Shown one piece after another: positions 63,761 through 64,000 of a DNA stretch of 64,000 bases (the first letter of the stretch is position 1; each line of letters begins with the position of its first letter). The notes under the pieces were generated by a model. It ran no database searches and was not told the DNA's origin. It saw only the letters and a program-made list of their open reading frames with translations. A program made the translations under genes and the position numbers. This DNA is from Felis catus (lineage: Eukaryota). The stretch is from positions 61,754,001-61,818,000 of the forward strand of contig NC_058368.1 in NCBI RefSeq assembly GCF_018350175.1. Direction: 5' to 3'.

Positions 63761-64000
63761 AACAAAAGGTGAGACCAAATCATAAACCAAACCCTATTAT
63801 TTGCAGCTAATAAAAACATCACTTGTCTTTCCACAAAAAACTTAGGGAGTTTTCATAGAAAGGATCTGTGGGTGTTATGTGATCATGATTAGGGAGGAAT
63901 AGGGTCTATGGAAATAATAAGTTTGACAAAATTATTTTAAAACCTGATGAGTTAAGGGTATATAATTATTTTAAAATAAGTTTTCTAGTCAAGAAAAAGA

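Noticed and set aside
1..64000. Prokaryotic-type systems (CRISPR array, operon, defence island)
   Set aside because: The recurring ~200-bp repeats are dispersed CanSINEs with TSDs, not regularly spaced repeats. There is no gene-dense coding sequence and the DNA is mammalian.

Overview
This is AT-rich mammalian nuclear DNA, almost certainly from a felid (cat family). It carries about 30 tRNA-derived CanSINEs, several of the young felid SINEC_Fc type with intact target-site duplications (TSDs). I find no recognisable protein-coding exon, RNA gene, CRISPR array or prokaryotic system. The listed ORFs are chance ORFs, many inside repeats. Much of the window is interspersed repeat: CanSINE, MIR, L1, L2, MaLR/ERVL/ERV1 LTRs and Tigger/hAT MITEs. 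Repeat family names come from remembered consensus sequences and were not confirmed by a database search. The main non-repeat feature is a CpG island at about 57.4-58.0 kb with hallmarks of a bidirectional promoter, so the 57 kb to its left may be a large first intron of a minus-strand gene or lncRNA. Several repeat-free blocks are dense in developmental motifs and look like conserved enhancers; the best is a PBX-HOX/MEIS cluster at about 40.3 kb. Other points of interest are a poly(A)-tailed unique insert at about 54.6 kb (candidate orphan retrocopy or transduction), a fossil twin-primed L1 at 27-29 kb and a MaLR provirus remnant with a gag-like trace. The sequence alone does not support a genuinely new biological system.
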